A stretch of DNA of 64,000 nucleotides. It comes from Actinomycetes bacterium (lineage in GTDB: Bacteria; Actinomycetota; JAICYB01). Location: positions 9,724-73,723 of the forward strand of contig JAICYB010000009.1 in assembly GCA_025934435.1 (NCBI GenBank). The letters run 5' to 3'. The first letter of the stretch is position 1, and each line of letters starts with the position of its first letter. A model generated the notes under the pieces. That model did no database searches. It was given only the letters and a program-made list of their open reading frames with translations, and was not told the origin of the DNA. This document shows, piece by piece, positions 35,561 through 45,203 of the stretch. The position numbers and the translations under genes were made by a program.

Positions 35561-36300
35561 AGGACGAAGCGCGCGCCGCCGATCACGCGTTCGGTGTAGG
35601 CGCCATCGTGCGTCCATTCGAGGCGGTCGATGCCGGGGGTTCGTCCGGCGGCGGCTTCGATGCGGACGAGACCACCGTGCGGCCAGACGAGATCGAACCA
35701 ACCGTCACCGAAGCCGGCGTTCTCGCAGTGGAGGAGGCCTTCGTAGAGATTCGCTGCGACGTCGAGATCGTCCGTGGTGACGACGATGCGCTCGAGACGC
35801 GCCGCCGGTTCGGCCCGCTCCGGCGGGTCCGGCCACCACTGCATGGGTCCGAGATCGCCGCGCTCGCCGGCCGCTTGGATGACTTCGGGATCGATGTCCG
35901 TCGGGTCGATCGCGGACTGCGCGAGCTGGATGACCGTCCCTCCGGCTTGCTTCGGATGCAGGAACGCCTCCTGCCACCATTCATTGCCGAGCATCACGTT
36001 CACCGGGACGAACCCTGCTTCCTCGGCGCGTCCGAGCTCGCGGCGGATGTCGTCGGTCTTGAACGTCATGTGATGGGGCCCCTCGCCGTTGCGGTCGAGG
36101 AAGCGCGCGAGGAAGTCGTTCACCTCGACGTTGTGGGGCTCGAGCAGTTCGATGCGGGACGAACCGGCGTCGACCTGCATCGCGCGGAACCCGACGTTCG
36201 CGCCGCCGAACAGCGCTTGTGCGCCGAGCTCGCCGACAAGCGCGTCGAGGGTCGGGCCGACGTTGCGCAGCCCGAGTGCGACGTGGTCCAGATCGATCAT
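35548..36300 (-). CDS. VOC/glyoxalase-family protein (methylmalonyl-CoA epimerase-like N-terminal domain)
   Basis: LDHVALG, IELLEP, FL.RNGEGPHHMTF, AFLHPKQAGGTVIQL; probable leaderless promoter TAAGGT-6nt-ATG. Confidence 0.85.
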   Translation of the reverse strand: MIDLDHVALGLRNVGPTLDALVGELGAQALFGGANVGFRAMQVDAGSSRIELLEPHNVEVNDFLARFLDRNGEGPHHMTFKTDDIRRELGRAEEAGFVPVNVMLGNEWWQEAFLHPKQAGGTVIQLAQSAIDPTDIDPEVIQAAGERGDLGPMQWWPDPPERAEPAARLERIVVTTDDLDVAANLYEGLLHCENAGFGDGWFDLVWPHGGLVRIEAAAGRTPGIDRLEWTHDGAYTERVIGGARFVLYPR

Positions 36301-36337
36301 CGGCGTACCTTACCGAGTCACTGGGTAGGTAAGCGTC

Positions 36338-36475
36338 ATGATCAAACGCTGGTTGATCCGGTTGTTGGTGCTGGCGATCCTGGGGTTCGTCGCGCGCAAG
36401 CTGATGGAGTCCGGCGAGCCGGGCAAGCAGAAGGTCGGCGGCGCCATCGACAAAGCCGTCGGCGTCCTCCGCTAA
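36338..36475 (+). CDS. Small (45 aa) single-pass membrane protein
   Basis: Manual translation MIKRWLIRLLVLAILGFVARKLMESGEPGKQKVGGAIDKAVGVLR*. It fills the gap exactly, has GC-rich third codon positions, and its stop overlaps the convergent kinase stop. Confidence 0.65.
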   Translation: MIKRWLIRLLVLAILGFVARKLMESGEPGKQKVGGAIDKAVGVLR

Positions 36476-37896
36476 CGCCAGGTCCTCCCGATCTCGGTCG
36501 ACGGCGGCGCGTCGAGCAGATCTTCGCTCGCGATGCGGTGCCAGTTCGCCGTCGCTTCCAGGTGTCCGAGAACGGCGGACGTCCCGAACTGGTAGCGCTG
36601 CCACATCGCGAGCATGGCCGGAAACTCGAGGAGCTCCTGGATGTCGCGGTACGGCGAGTCGGGGAGCGCGACGGCGCGGAAGGTGTCGCCGACCATCTTG
36701 CGCGTGTACGTGAACGGTGCGTCGTCCACGATCGGACGAAGCATCATCTGGAAGAACTCCCAGAGACGTGTCCGATCGACCGTGGCACTCTGCGGGATCA
36801 CCTTCCGCGCGCGGAGTGACGTTTCGAGCTCTTCTGGATCGCGGTGCAGCACCGCGAGGCCCGGCGCGCGGACGAGCGCTTTCTCGTCCGGTTCAAGGCG
36901 CTTCACGAGACCGAAGTCGAGGAAACAGACGCGTCCGTCGTCCATGAAGATGTAGTTGCCGGGGTGTGGGTCGCCCGAGAACACGCCGTCGTTCACGATC
37001 GATCCGTTCGCGAAGCGGCTGATGATCTCCCCGTAGTAATTCTTCCGATCCTGTGGTTCGTCCAGGAGGTCGTAGAACTTCCGGCCGGTCACGAGTTCGC
37101 TCGTGAGTACCCGGACGGCTGAGAGTTCCGGGACCGTGTCCGGGATCTTGACGAACTGATGGTTCCGGTATCTGTCGGCGAAGTACTGCTGGTTCGCCGC
37201 CTCTTTCCGGTAATCGAACTCTTCCGTCATCCGTTCGACGACTTCCTGCAGGAACTCCTTCGGGTTGAATCCGCCGAACATCGCCGCGACGGTTTGGAAC
37301 AGCATGTCGGCGTTGGCGAGGTCGGCTTTGATCGCTTCGTCCACGCCCGGGTACTGCACCTTGACGACGACCTGTTTCCCTTCGCGGGTCGTCGCCCGAT
37401 GCACCTGGCCGATGGACGCCGCGGCCATCGGTTGTTCGTCCAGCTCGGCGAACGGGATGCGGCCGAGCTCGGACGTGATCACCTGCTCGACGAGCTCGAA
37501 CGACATCGGCGGCGCGGCCGACTGCAGTTGCGCGAGCTGCTGCTGGACGCCTTCTGGGAGCCCGTCGACGGCGAACGACGCCATCTGCGCGAGCTTCATC
37601 ACCGCGCCCTTCATGTGTCCCATCACCTCGAGGACGTCGGCCGCCGAGCGCATCGCGGCTTCTTCTGCGACGCGCTGCTTGAACTGTTCGCTCCGTCCGA
37701 TGGTCTTGAGCCTTGCGACGCCCATGCGCGCGCCGACGCTCGTCCCCATGCGCGCGAGGTGCGCGCGCCGTGCGTCGGCATCTGTCGCGAGACCGTCGGT
37801 GTGTGAGCCGCGGATGCGGTAGCCGCGTACGGCGTCGCCGAGCGTCCGCGCCATCGTCTTCAGGATCTGCTTGGTCGCGCCGCGCCGTTTGCTCAT
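36472..37896 (-). CDS. ABC1/UbiB (AarF) atypical kinase
   Basis: MKGAVMKLAQM, AAASIGQVH, VKVQYPG, EFDY..EA, DPHPGN, LDFG; ATG 37896 overlaps the glycosylase stop. Confidence 0.9.
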   Translation of the reverse strand: MSKRRGATKQILKTMARTLGDAVRGYRIRGSHTDGLATDADARRAHLARMGTSVGARMGVARLKTIGRSEQFKQRVAEEAAMRSAADVLEVMGHMKGAVMKLAQMASFAVDGLPEGVQQQLAQLQSAAPPMSFELVEQVITSELGRIPFAELDEQPMAAASIGQVHRATTREGKQVVVKVQYPGVDEAIKADLANADMLFQTVAAMFGGFNPKEFLQEVVERMTEEFDYRKEAANQQYFADRYRNHQFVKIPDTVPELSAVRVLTSELVTGRKFYDLLDEPQDRKNYYGEIISRFANGSIVNDGVFSGDPHPGNYIFMDDGRVCFLDFGLVKRLEPDEKALVRAPGLAVLHRDPEELETSLRARKVIPQSATVDRTRLWEFFQMMLRPIVDDAPFTYTRKMVGDTFRAVALPDSPYRDIQELLEFPAMLAMWQRYQFGTSAVLGHLEATANWHRIASEDLLDAPPSTEIGRTWR

Positions 37897-38537
37897 ACCG
37901 GAACCGTTGTATTCCCGAGGGACGGGGCGGTATTCGCGAGGCTCCGCCAGAGGTACCAGCTTGCGACCGACCGCCACGGGCGCCACGGCTCCGCGACTTC
38001 GATGAGGTTCGGCTTCGTGGGCTCGATGCCGTAGAGGTTCTTCACCGCGTTACGGAGGCCGAGGTCGTCGATGGCCCAGACGTCGGGACGACCGAGCCGA
38101 AAGATGAGGAACATCTCGGCGGTCCATCGTCCGACACCTTTGACCGCGACGAGAGCGTCGACGATCTCGTCATCGGACTTACGGACGAGCTTCGCGAAGT
38201 TGAGCTTTCCTGAGTCGACGTGCGCGGCGAGGTCTTTCACGTAGAGCACCTTCGCGCCCGAGAGTCCGGCGCCGCGGAGGGTTTCGTCCGGCGCGGCGAG
38301 GATGTCGGCCGGGACGATCTTCCGACCGTTCGGATGTAGCGCGGCGACGCGCTGGAAGATCGTCTCTGCCGCTTTCGCCGAGAGCTGCTGTCCGACGATG
38401 GCGCGCAGGATCGTCGTGAAGTGATCGCCGCGGGCGCCGGGCTCGAGCAGGCACGGACCGACGCGTTTGATCAGGGCGCGCATCACCGGGTCGCGCTTCG
38501 CGAGGTGCTTCGTCGCCGCCTGCGTGTCGAGCGTCAT
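37893..38537 (-). CDS. DNA-3-methyladenine glycosylase (AlkA/HhH-GPD family, short form)
   Basis: AIVGQQLSAKAA, LRGAGLSGAK, VKGVGRWTAEMFLIF, DDLGL, WRPWRSVASWYLW. Confidence 0.9.
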   Translation of the reverse strand: MTLDTQAATKHLAKRDPVMRALIKRVGPCLLEPGARGDHFTTILRAIVGQQLSAKAAETIFQRVAALHPNGRKIVPADILAAPDETLRGAGLSGAKVLYVKDLAAHVDSGKLNFAKLVRKSDDEIVDALVAVKGVGRWTAEMFLIFRLGRPDVWAIDDLGLRNAVKNLYGIEPTKPNLIEVAEPWRPWRSVASWYLWRSLANTAPSLGNTTVPV

Positions 38538-39370
38538 CGGATCAAGCGTGACATGCGACGGTCGGCGAGGATCTTGCCGCCTGTTTGGCATGTGGGGCAG
38601 TAGGTGACCTCGTGCGACTCGTAAGAGACGCGACGCAGGTCGTCGCCGCACACCGGACAAGGTTTGCCGTGCTCGTGGTGGACGACCCAGTGGTCGCCGA
38701 CCTTCGTCGGGAGACCCCCCGTTCGCTTGCGCTCGATCTCCAAGCCGTTGGCGAGGGTTTCCTCGATCGCTTGAAGGAGCCGTTCGCGGTCGTCGGCCTT
38801 CATCGACTTGAGCGATGCGAAGGGCGAGATCTTCGCGGCGTGCAGGGCGTCGTCGCTGTAGCCGCGCCCGATGCCCGCGACGGTGCGTTGGTCGCGAAGG
38901 ATCGTGTGGATGCGTCTTGAGTCTTGCCCAGTGCGGATGAGATCTTCGAACTCCTTCGAACCCGGTTCCGGGCCGAGTCCGTCCATCGGGCCGATGTCAT
39001 CTTCGGCCAGGACCCACCAACCGGCCTTGCGCTCCGTCCCGAATTCCTTCAGCAGGACGGCGCGGTTGTTGTCGAACTTCCACCGGACGACGTACCCCTT
39101 CGCCTTGTTCGTCTTCTTCGGGGGCTCTTCGAAGTCGACCCGTCCGCCTTGCGAGAGGTGGAAGGCGATCTTCACATCGCCGAAGTGGAGCATGACGTAC
39201 TTGCCTCGCCGTGATGTCCGCTCGAGTGTTCGGCCTTTCAGAGCTTCCGGCGCCGGATCGAATGTTTTCAGCGCGGAGAATTGCAGCGGCTCGTAGCCGG
39301 TGAACGTCGCACCGCCGACGTACGACTCGATGCGCTCGGCGAGCGCCTGCATCTCGGGTAGTTCGGGCAA
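38534..39370 (-). CDS. Fpg/Nei DNA glycosylase (actinobacterial Fpg2/MutM2 type)
   Basis: N-terminal PELPE, RRGKY, H2TH DQRTVAGIGRGY, zinc finger CPVC...CPTC, tail GGKILADRRMSRL. Confidence 0.9.
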   Translation of the reverse strand: MPELPEMQALAERIESYVGGATFTGYEPLQFSALKTFDPAPEALKGRTLERTSRRGKYVMLHFGDVKIAFHLSQGGRVDFEEPPKKTNKAKGYVVRWKFDNNRAVLLKEFGTERKAGWWVLAEDDIGPMDGLGPEPGSKEFEDLIRTGQDSRRIHTILRDQRTVAGIGRGYSDDALHAAKISPFASLKSMKADDRERLLQAIEETLANGLEIERKRTGGLPTKVGDHWVVHHEHGKPCPVCGDDLRRVSYESHEVTYCPTCQTGGKILADRRMSRLIR

Positions 39371-40219
39371 TTAGTTCTGCTGCTTCGCGAGCTCCGGACG
39401 ACCCGACCATACCCACGCCTGGTCCTTCGGGCTCACGCCGATCAGTACGCCGTGCGTCGCGGACGGGTGGATGAAGATGCTCGTGCGCGCGTCCTTCGTC
39501 GGGTTACCCGCGTAGCGCGCGCCCACGGCGTCGAGGCGCCGCGCGAGCTCGGGAGTGTCGTGGCACTCCGTGTAGAACATGTACGGACCTTCGCCCCGTT
39601 TCACGAAGAACTTGCCCATGGCTTTCTCCGTGTCGTACGGGTGGACGACCTCGACGCGGTCGAGGAGTCGCGGCGGATCGAAGAGCGTGAGGACGCCTTC
39701 GTACCCGTAATGGTCGCTCTTGATCGGCGAGAAGCGCATGCCCTCGAGGCCGAAGGCGTCCGTCCAGAATGCGCTGGCCGCCTGCCAATCGTGGACGAGA
39801 TGCGTCACCTCGTAGAGGAACGAGATGATGCCCACCTGTTCGCGATCCGCGTGCTCTGAGATGACTGTGCGGAGCCCAAAGGTTCGGGACGGATCCACGA
39901 AGATCATCCCGTCCTCGCTGACGTTGCTGATCGACCGCTCGTCGAGCCGCTTCGCGATTTCGTCCGGTTTCTTGCTCGAGAACACCGCGGCGAAGAGTCC
40001 TTCGTCGTTCGTATCGAGGAACTCCTGGAGCGCGCCGGGCCCCCGGGGCTCAGCGAGGCGGAGGAGGTCCGTCCCGCAGGCGAGGATCGCGATGCGCGCG
40101 TTCCACACATCCGAGTCGCGTATCTCGAGGAACTGTGCGCCGAAGATGTCACCGAATCGCTTCGTCGCCGCCTCCGCGTCGCGGACGGCGAGGACGACTC
40201 CTTCCAGCTGTTCGAGCAT
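39371..40219 (-). CDS. Two-domain VOC/glyoxalase-family protein
   Basis: Duplicated VOC pattern (LAVRDAEAA...FL...EGLF; HLVHDWQAA...FF..RGEGPY...IFIHPSATHGVLI). Confidence 0.75.
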   Translation of the reverse strand: MLEQLEGVVLAVRDAEAATKRFGDIFGAQFLEIRDSDVWNARIAILACGTDLLRLAEPRGPGALQEFLDTNDEGLFAAVFSSKKPDEIAKRLDERSISNVSEDGMIFVDPSRTFGLRTVISEHADREQVGIISFLYEVTHLVHDWQAASAFWTDAFGLEGMRFSPIKSDHYGYEGVLTLFDPPRLLDRVEVVHPYDTEKAMGKFFVKRGEGPYMFYTECHDTPELARRLDAVGARYAGNPTKDARTSIFIHPSATHGVLIGVSPKDQAWVWSGRPELAKQQN

Positions 40220-41452
40220 CTAGAACCTCACCTTCATCGAGTTCATCCCGTGGAGCGTCAGTGTGTTCCTCCACTCGGGTTCGCCGTCGAGTCGCATGTT
40301 GGGGAATCGACGCAAGAGTTCCGTGAACGCGATCTGTGCTTCGAGGCGCGCGAGCGGCGCACCCAGGCAGAAGTGGACGCCCGCTCCGAACGACACAACC
40401 TGCGGTTTGTCCCGGGTGATGTTCAGCGTGTCCGGATCGGCGAACTGCTCGGGGTCGCGGTTGCCGGCGCCGAGCAACGTCACGACTTGCTGTCCCTTCT
40501 TCACGGTCACGCCGGCGACGTCGATGTCTTCGAGCGCGGTGCGCGCGGTGAGCTGCACGGGGGAGTCGTAGCGGAGTAGTTCTTCGATCGCGTTCCGCAT
40601 CAACGAGTTGTCGTCGCGCAGCATCTGGAACTGATCGCGGTTGCGGAGGAGCGCGAGCAGGCCGTTACCGATGAGGCTCTGCGTGGTCTCGTGCCCGGCG
40701 ATGAAGACGAGGACGCAGAGCGCGAAGAGCTCTTCAGTCGTCAGGCGGTCGCCGCCTTCCTCCGCGGCGATCAATGCGCTCAGGAGGTCGTCCTTCGGAT
40801 CCGCCCGCCGCTTCTCGATGAGCCCCGCGAAGTAGACGATGAACTGGCTGAGCGCGCCGATCGCTTTCTGCATCTTGTCCGGCGGCAGGACGGGATCGAG
40901 GATCGGCGCGACGTCCCCGGACAAGCCCTTGAAGAGGTCGCGGTCTTCGACCGGGACACCCATCAGCTCACAGATCACGAGCGCGGGAAGCGGATACGCG
41001 AAGTCGGCGACGACGTCCATGCCCTCGCTTCCCACGTCGTCCAGCAGGTCGCCGACGATCTCTTGGATGTGCGGACGAAGCGCCTCGACGGTTCGGCGGG
41101 TAAAGGCTTTGTTGACGAGGTTCCGCATGCGTGTGTGATCGGGTGGATCGGTGAACAGCAGGACGAGGCCCGCCATCTGTTCGAAGGGACTGACGGCATT
41201 CGGGTCGTCCGAGGAGAACTCGCGGAACAGGGAGTTTCGCGGGTCGTTCGAGAATCGATCGTCGCGGAGGACGGCGAGGATGTCGTCGTAGCGAGTGAAG
41301 GTCCACACACCCGGTTCGATGAAGTGCGTCGGGTGCTCTTCCCGGTACTTCTTGTAGAGCGGGTACGGGTTCCCGTTGTGCGGCGGCTCGACGAGCGGCG
41401 CGAGCAGGGGATTGACGAATTCTTGGACGACGGAACCCACGGCTTCGGTCAT
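40220..41452 (-). CDS. Cytochrome P450
   Basis: DPPDHTRMR, AGHETT, EELLRYDSP, GNRDP, FGAGVHFCLG; GGGAGG RBS before ATG 41452. Confidence 0.95.
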   Translation of the reverse strand: MTEAVGSVVQEFVNPLLAPLVEPPHNGNPYPLYKKYREEHPTHFIEPGVWTFTRYDDILAVLRDDRFSNDPRNSLFREFSSDDPNAVSPFEQMAGLVLLFTDPPDHTRMRNLVNKAFTRRTVEALRPHIQEIVGDLLDDVGSEGMDVVADFAYPLPALVICELMGVPVEDRDLFKGLSGDVAPILDPVLPPDKMQKAIGALSQFIVYFAGLIEKRRADPKDDLLSALIAAEEGGDRLTTEELFALCVLVFIAGHETTQSLIGNGLLALLRNRDQFQMLRDDNSLMRNAIEELLRYDSPVQLTARTALEDIDVAGVTVKKGQQVVTLLGAGNRDPEQFADPDTLNITRDKPQVVSFGAGVHFCLGAPLARLEAQIAFTELLRRFPNMRLDGEPEWRNTLTLHGMNSMKVRF

Positions 41453-41520
41453 GTTGACCTCCCGCCTGATGATGCCCGAGGCTGGGGGCCTCACGCATCC
41501 GCCCGAGGGAGGGTTTTCCG

Positions 41521-42342
41521 ATGACCGACACCAAGACCGACGTCGTCCTCTACGACGTATCTGATGGGATCGCGACCCTAACGCTGAACCGTCCGGAGCG
41601 CCTCAACGCGTGGACCGGCGGTCTCGCGAAGCGCTACTACGGACTGCTCGAGCAGGCCGCGGCCGATGACGACGTGCGTGTCATCGTCGTCACCGGTGCG
41701 GGCAAGGGCTGGTGCGCCGGCGCCGATATGGATTCGCTCCAGGGCAATGCCGAAGTGGACGACTCCGACGCGGGGTTGGACCGTCCGATCTGGTTCCCGA
41801 CAACCGTGCCGAAACCGATCATCGCGGCGATCAACGGCGCGTGCGCCGGCATCGGCCTCTGCGCCGCGCTGATGTGCGATCTGCGCTTCGCCGCCGCGGG
41901 CGCGAAGTTCACGACGGCGTTCGTGCGTCGCGGACTGATCGCCGAGCACGGTTCCTCGTGGGCCCTTCCCCGGCTCATCGGCCACGCCGCGGCGTTGGAC
42001 CTACTGTTCTCGGGTCGCGTCTTCCTCGCCGAAGAGGCGAAGGACCTCGGCGTCGTGAACCAGGTGTTCGCGCCGGACGAGCTCCTCGCGAAGACACGCG
42101 AGTACGCGACCGACCTCATCGAGCACTGCTCGCCGAAGTCGATGGCGACCATCAAGGCCGAGATCTACCGGCACTGGGGCGCGGACGTCGCAACCGCGAC
42201 GACCGAGGCGAACAAGCTCATGACGCGTTCGTTCGCGTTCCCGGACTTCCGCGAGGGTGTACAGAGCTTCGTCCAGAAGCGGAATCCGGACTTCGAGCCG
42301 CTGCCGACCGACTACGAAGTCCTGCCGAAAGACTGGAGCTAG
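41521..42342 (+). CDS. Enoyl-CoA hydratase/isomerase family protein
   Basis: TLNRPERLNA, CAGADM, KPIIAAINGACAGIG, CDLRFA, DFREGV.SF.QKRNP. Confidence 0.92.
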   Translation: MTDTKTDVVLYDVSDGIATLTLNRPERLNAWTGGLAKRYYGLLEQAAADDDVRVIVVTGAGKGWCAGADMDSLQGNAEVDDSDAGLDRPIWFPTTVPKPIIAAINGACAGIGLCAALMCDLRFAAAGAKFTTAFVRRGLIAEHGSSWALPRLIGHAAALDLLFSGRVFLAEEAKDLGVVNQVFAPDELLAKTREYATDLIEHCSPKSMATIKAEIYRHWGADVATATTEANKLMTRSFAFPDFREGVQSFVQKRNPDFEPLPTDYEVLPKDWS

Positions 42343-42349
42343 CCCGAAC

Positions 42350-42388
42350 CTGGTCGCGTAGCGCGGAACAACCGCGTTCCGCGACCAG
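42350..42388. terminator. Long hairpin between convergent genes (bidirectional terminator or REP-like element)
   Basis: CTGGTCGCG-t-AGCGCGG-aacaa-CCGCGTT-c-CGCGACCAG. Confidence 0.6.
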
Positions 42389-42772
42389 TTAGCGCAGTTC
42401 GTCCATCCGGACGAGGCCGGCGGGCGTCGGACGGAACCCTGCCGGCTCGTAGAAGTCGCGCATGAGGGCTTCGTCCGAGTCGACGTGCATCCATTCGATC
42501 TCCGGCACGCGCGCGGTCGCTGCGAGAGCCTCCTTCACCAGTTCCGTTCCGATGCCGCGGTGGCGGTAGTCCGGATGCACGGTCGGATCGAGCAGGAAGG
42601 CGTGGACGCCGCCGTCCCACGCGATGTTCGCGTAGCCGATCAGTCGATCGTCGTCGAACGCGCCGATCCACGTGAGACTGCGCGCGAGGACCTGGAGGTA
42701 GTCGTACGGCCCGCCGAGCAGCTCTTCGAGCTGCTCGTTACGAACCTCAGGACGTTCGCGGTAGTCGATCAA
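42389..42772 (-). CDS. GNAT N-acetyltransferase
   Basis: LIGYANIAWDGGVHAFLLD, VHPDYRHRGIG, WMHVD, FY..AGF. Confidence 0.88.
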   Translation of the reverse strand: MIDYRERPEVRNEQLEELLGGPYDYLQVLARSLTWIGAFDDDRLIGYANIAWDGGVHAFLLDPTVHPDYRHRGIGTELVKEALAATARVPEIEWMHVDSDEALMRDFYEPAGFRPTPAGLVRMDELR

Positions 42773-43406
42773 TGACGTCGCCGTTCGGGGCGAAGAACTC
42801 GAGCTGATCGATATCGAGCCGCGCTCGCGTCACGTTGTCGAAGTCGACGATCTCGATCTCATGTGCCGTGAGCATCCCGCGGCCCTGGCGCCAGATCCGT
42901 CGTACGCGCGATGCGAGCGAACGTGCGCTGTAGATCAGGACGAGACCGATCGCGAAGTACAACGCCGCTCCGATGAGATCGCGCTGTACCTCGATCACCT
43001 GAACGGCGTGCACGCCGACTTCCGCCGGCCCGACCGACGCGCTGCGGGTCTGGAAGAACGCGACCACAGCACCGAACAGCTGCACGAATCCTCCGGCGAC
43101 GAGATAGAGGCCGAGGACGGAAAAGGCGATGGAGTGGACGTCGAGTGGCGTCGCTCGCGGTGCCTCGGTCAGGGGCTCGGGTTCTCGCGGGCCGAGCGCA
43201 CGGTCCGCGAGTGGTACGGCCGCGAACCAGACGATGATCCCGAGGACGATCAAGAGCGCCGATGTGATCGCGCCGGCCGTCGTGAGCTCACGGAACCCGT
43301 GGAACGCGTTCGCTTCGATGATGAGTGCGACGCTTTGTATCCCGCGGAACGCGACGTACAGCCCGAATACCTTCATGGTGAGACGTGCGACGTCCCTGAT
43401 GTTCAT
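42747..43406 (-). CDS. Hypothetical membrane protein (about 4 TM)
   Basis: GGGGAGG RBS before ATG 43406; four hydrophobic segments and a soluble C-terminal tail. Confidence 0.7.
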   Translation of the reverse strand: MNIRDVARLTMKVFGLYVAFRGIQSVALIIEANAFHGFRELTTAGAITSALLIVLGIIVWFAAVPLADRALGPREPEPLTEAPRATPLDVHSIAFSVLGLYLVAGGFVQLFGAVVAFFQTRSASVGPAEVGVHAVQVIEVQRDLIGAALYFAIGLVLIYSARSLASRVRRIWRQGRGMLTAHEIEIVDFDNVTRARLDIDQLEFFAPNGDVIDRLPRTS

Positions 43407-43426
43407 AGCCATCCTCCCCGCGAGGT

Positions 43427-44128
43427 CTACGCCAAAGCACGTAAAGCTTGGCGCAACTTCGGGTCGAGCGGGTGGTCCTTCGGGAGCCGCGCGGTAACTG
43501 CCTCGACGAAGTCGGTGACCGGCAGCGACGCCGACACGTCCTCGGACGAGACGGAATACGCGGACCCTTCGCGTCGGAACGAAACGGGTTTCTCCGCTTC
43601 GAGCACCGCGAACTCGCTTACCTTCGAGCGCCATTCCGTCCGCGCCGCGCGATCTGCGTCCGACAGTGACACGTCCATGTCGTCGCCGTGCGTCGCGTAT
43701 TCGCTCGCGACGTGGAACGCCATCGAGCCGACCGGATACGGACCGACGGACGACGTCATGCTCCCGTCGCGCCCGCGCTCCCGCATCCGTTTGCGCACTT
43801 CGAGGTTGCGCGTCCGCCAGATGTCGAACAGCTCGTCGGTCGACTTCGAACGGCCCTCGGCCACCGGGACGGCGTTGAACCCGTCGAGGTCGTTCGCTCC
43901 CTGCTTCGACATCTCTTCGAACAACTCGCCGAGTGAGTCGTCCAAACACGCAAGGTGGTAACGCTCGACGCCGCCGACGTGCGCGAGCAGATCCTTGATG
44001 TCCCACCCTTCGCAGCGCGTCGGCGCCGACCAGTCGGGTGACGATTGGAAGAACTGCGCGACCCGCTCGGACTCCCGGTCGAGAAGCTCGAACGGATCGA
44101 GATCGGCGACGCGTTCCTCACCGGCCAT
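43427..44128 (-). CDS. Mycothiol-dependent maleylpyruvate isomerase family (DinB superfamily) protein
   Basis: WSAPTRCEGWDIKDLLAHV...EYATHGDDM metal-binding pattern. Confidence 0.82.
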   Translation of the reverse strand: MAGEERVADLDPFELLDRESERVAQFFQSSPDWSAPTRCEGWDIKDLLAHVGGVERYHLACLDDSLGELFEEMSKQGANDLDGFNAVPVAEGRSKSTDELFDIWRTRNLEVRKRMRERGRDGSMTSSVGPYPVGSMAFHVASEYATHGDDMDVSLSDADRAARTEWRSKVSEFAVLEAEKPVSFRREGSAYSVSSEDVSASLPVTDFVEAVTARLPKDHPLDPKLRQALRALA

Positions 44129-44129
44129 G

Positions 44130-45203
44130 TCAGCTCCTTCCGAACCATCGCTCGCGGCGTTCGGCGCCGAACGCCTCGTTGTGCTTCATCAGCTCCTGGG
44201 ACGGGCCGGCCATCGGTGCTCGCGGCTCGGCCCCCGCAAGGAACTCCACGTTCACGATCCCGATCTCGCCGCCCCCGAACTCGACGAAGCAGATACCGCG
44301 TCCTTCGTACGGGACCTCCAGGCGTCCGAGGATGTCGTCGGCGACCACGCGTGCCGCGCTCTCGGCGAGAGTTCCGGCGCGCGGGACGGGTGCGTCCGCG
44401 CAGTCGCCGAGCGCATACACGCCGTCGAAGGGTGTACGCAGGTTCGTCGGGTCGACATGGATCCAGCCATCGGCGCCACCTTCGGTGAGTCCCGATGCTT
44501 GGACGACGTCCGGCGCCTTGTGCAACGGGACCGCGATGAAGTAGTCCTCGCCGCTGCCCGGGACGGCGCGGTGTCCGAACTCGTAGTTGATGCCCCGCGC
44601 GTCGAGTGCATCGGTGATCGCCTGTGATGCGACGGGGGAGACGGGGATCGGCATGGGCATCGGTGTCGTGATCCGCAGGTCGATGGCTTCGCGCACACCG
44701 CGTTCCACGAAGTAGTCATGCATGAGGAACATCGCTTCCCACGGTGCGGGCGGGCACTTGAACGGTACACCGAGGACGCCGATCTGGACGATGCCGCGCT
44801 CGATCGAAGGCAGCACCTCTCGCAAACGCGCAGCGCCTTCGACGGAGTAGAACTCGTGACCGTCGTACGGTACGTAGTCGGCGCCGAGCGCGACGACGAG
44901 GATGTCCGGTCGGTAGGAGTTCGCATCGGTCCGGACCTCCTTTGTCCCAGGATCGATCGAAACGACCTCTTCCCTGCGGAACTCCACACCCGGCTTCGTG
45001 AAGTCCCTGTACGGCAGGGTCACCCCGTCGACGGTGCTGTGTCCGAACAAGACATCGAACTTCGAGTATCCGAAGACGAATCCTTCGTTCCGATCGAGCA
45101 GCGTTACGTGGAAGTCGTCCGCGTGCTCGGATAGGCGCGTCGCGAGCTCCAAGCCCCCGAACCCCGCACCGCAGATGAGGACATCAGTCGATGCAGAACT
45201 CAT
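44130..45203 (-). CDS. Sulfide:quinone oxidoreductase-family flavoprotein
   Basis: GAGFGG, VALGA, FKCPPAPWE, VYALGD, PRAGTLAE, GRGICFVEFG (two Cys typical of the SQR/FCSD family). Confidence 0.78.
   Translation of the reverse strand: MSSASTDVLICGAGFGGLELATRLSEHADDFHVTLLDRNEGFVFGYSKFDVLFGHSTVDGVTLPYRDFTKPGVEFRREEVVSIDPGTKEVRTDANSYRPDILVVALGADYVPYDGHEFYSVEGAARLREVLPSIERGIVQIGVLGVPFKCPPAPWEAMFLMHDYFVERGVREAIDLRITTPMPMPIPVSPVASQAITDALDARGINYEFGHRAVPGSGEDYFIAVPLHKAPDVVQASGLTEGGADGWIHVDPTNLRTPFDGVYALGDCADAPVPRAGTLAESAARVVADDILGRLEVPYEGRGICFVEFGGGEIGIVNVEFLAGAEPRAPMAGPSQELMKHNEAFGAERRERWFGRS

Noticed and set aside
41471-41499. Hairpin GATGC-cc-GAGGC-tgggg-GCCTC-ac-GCATC between the divergent P450 and enoyl-CoA hydratase
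   Set aside because: Short, interrupted, GC-rich stem that could arise by chance; no second copy seen.
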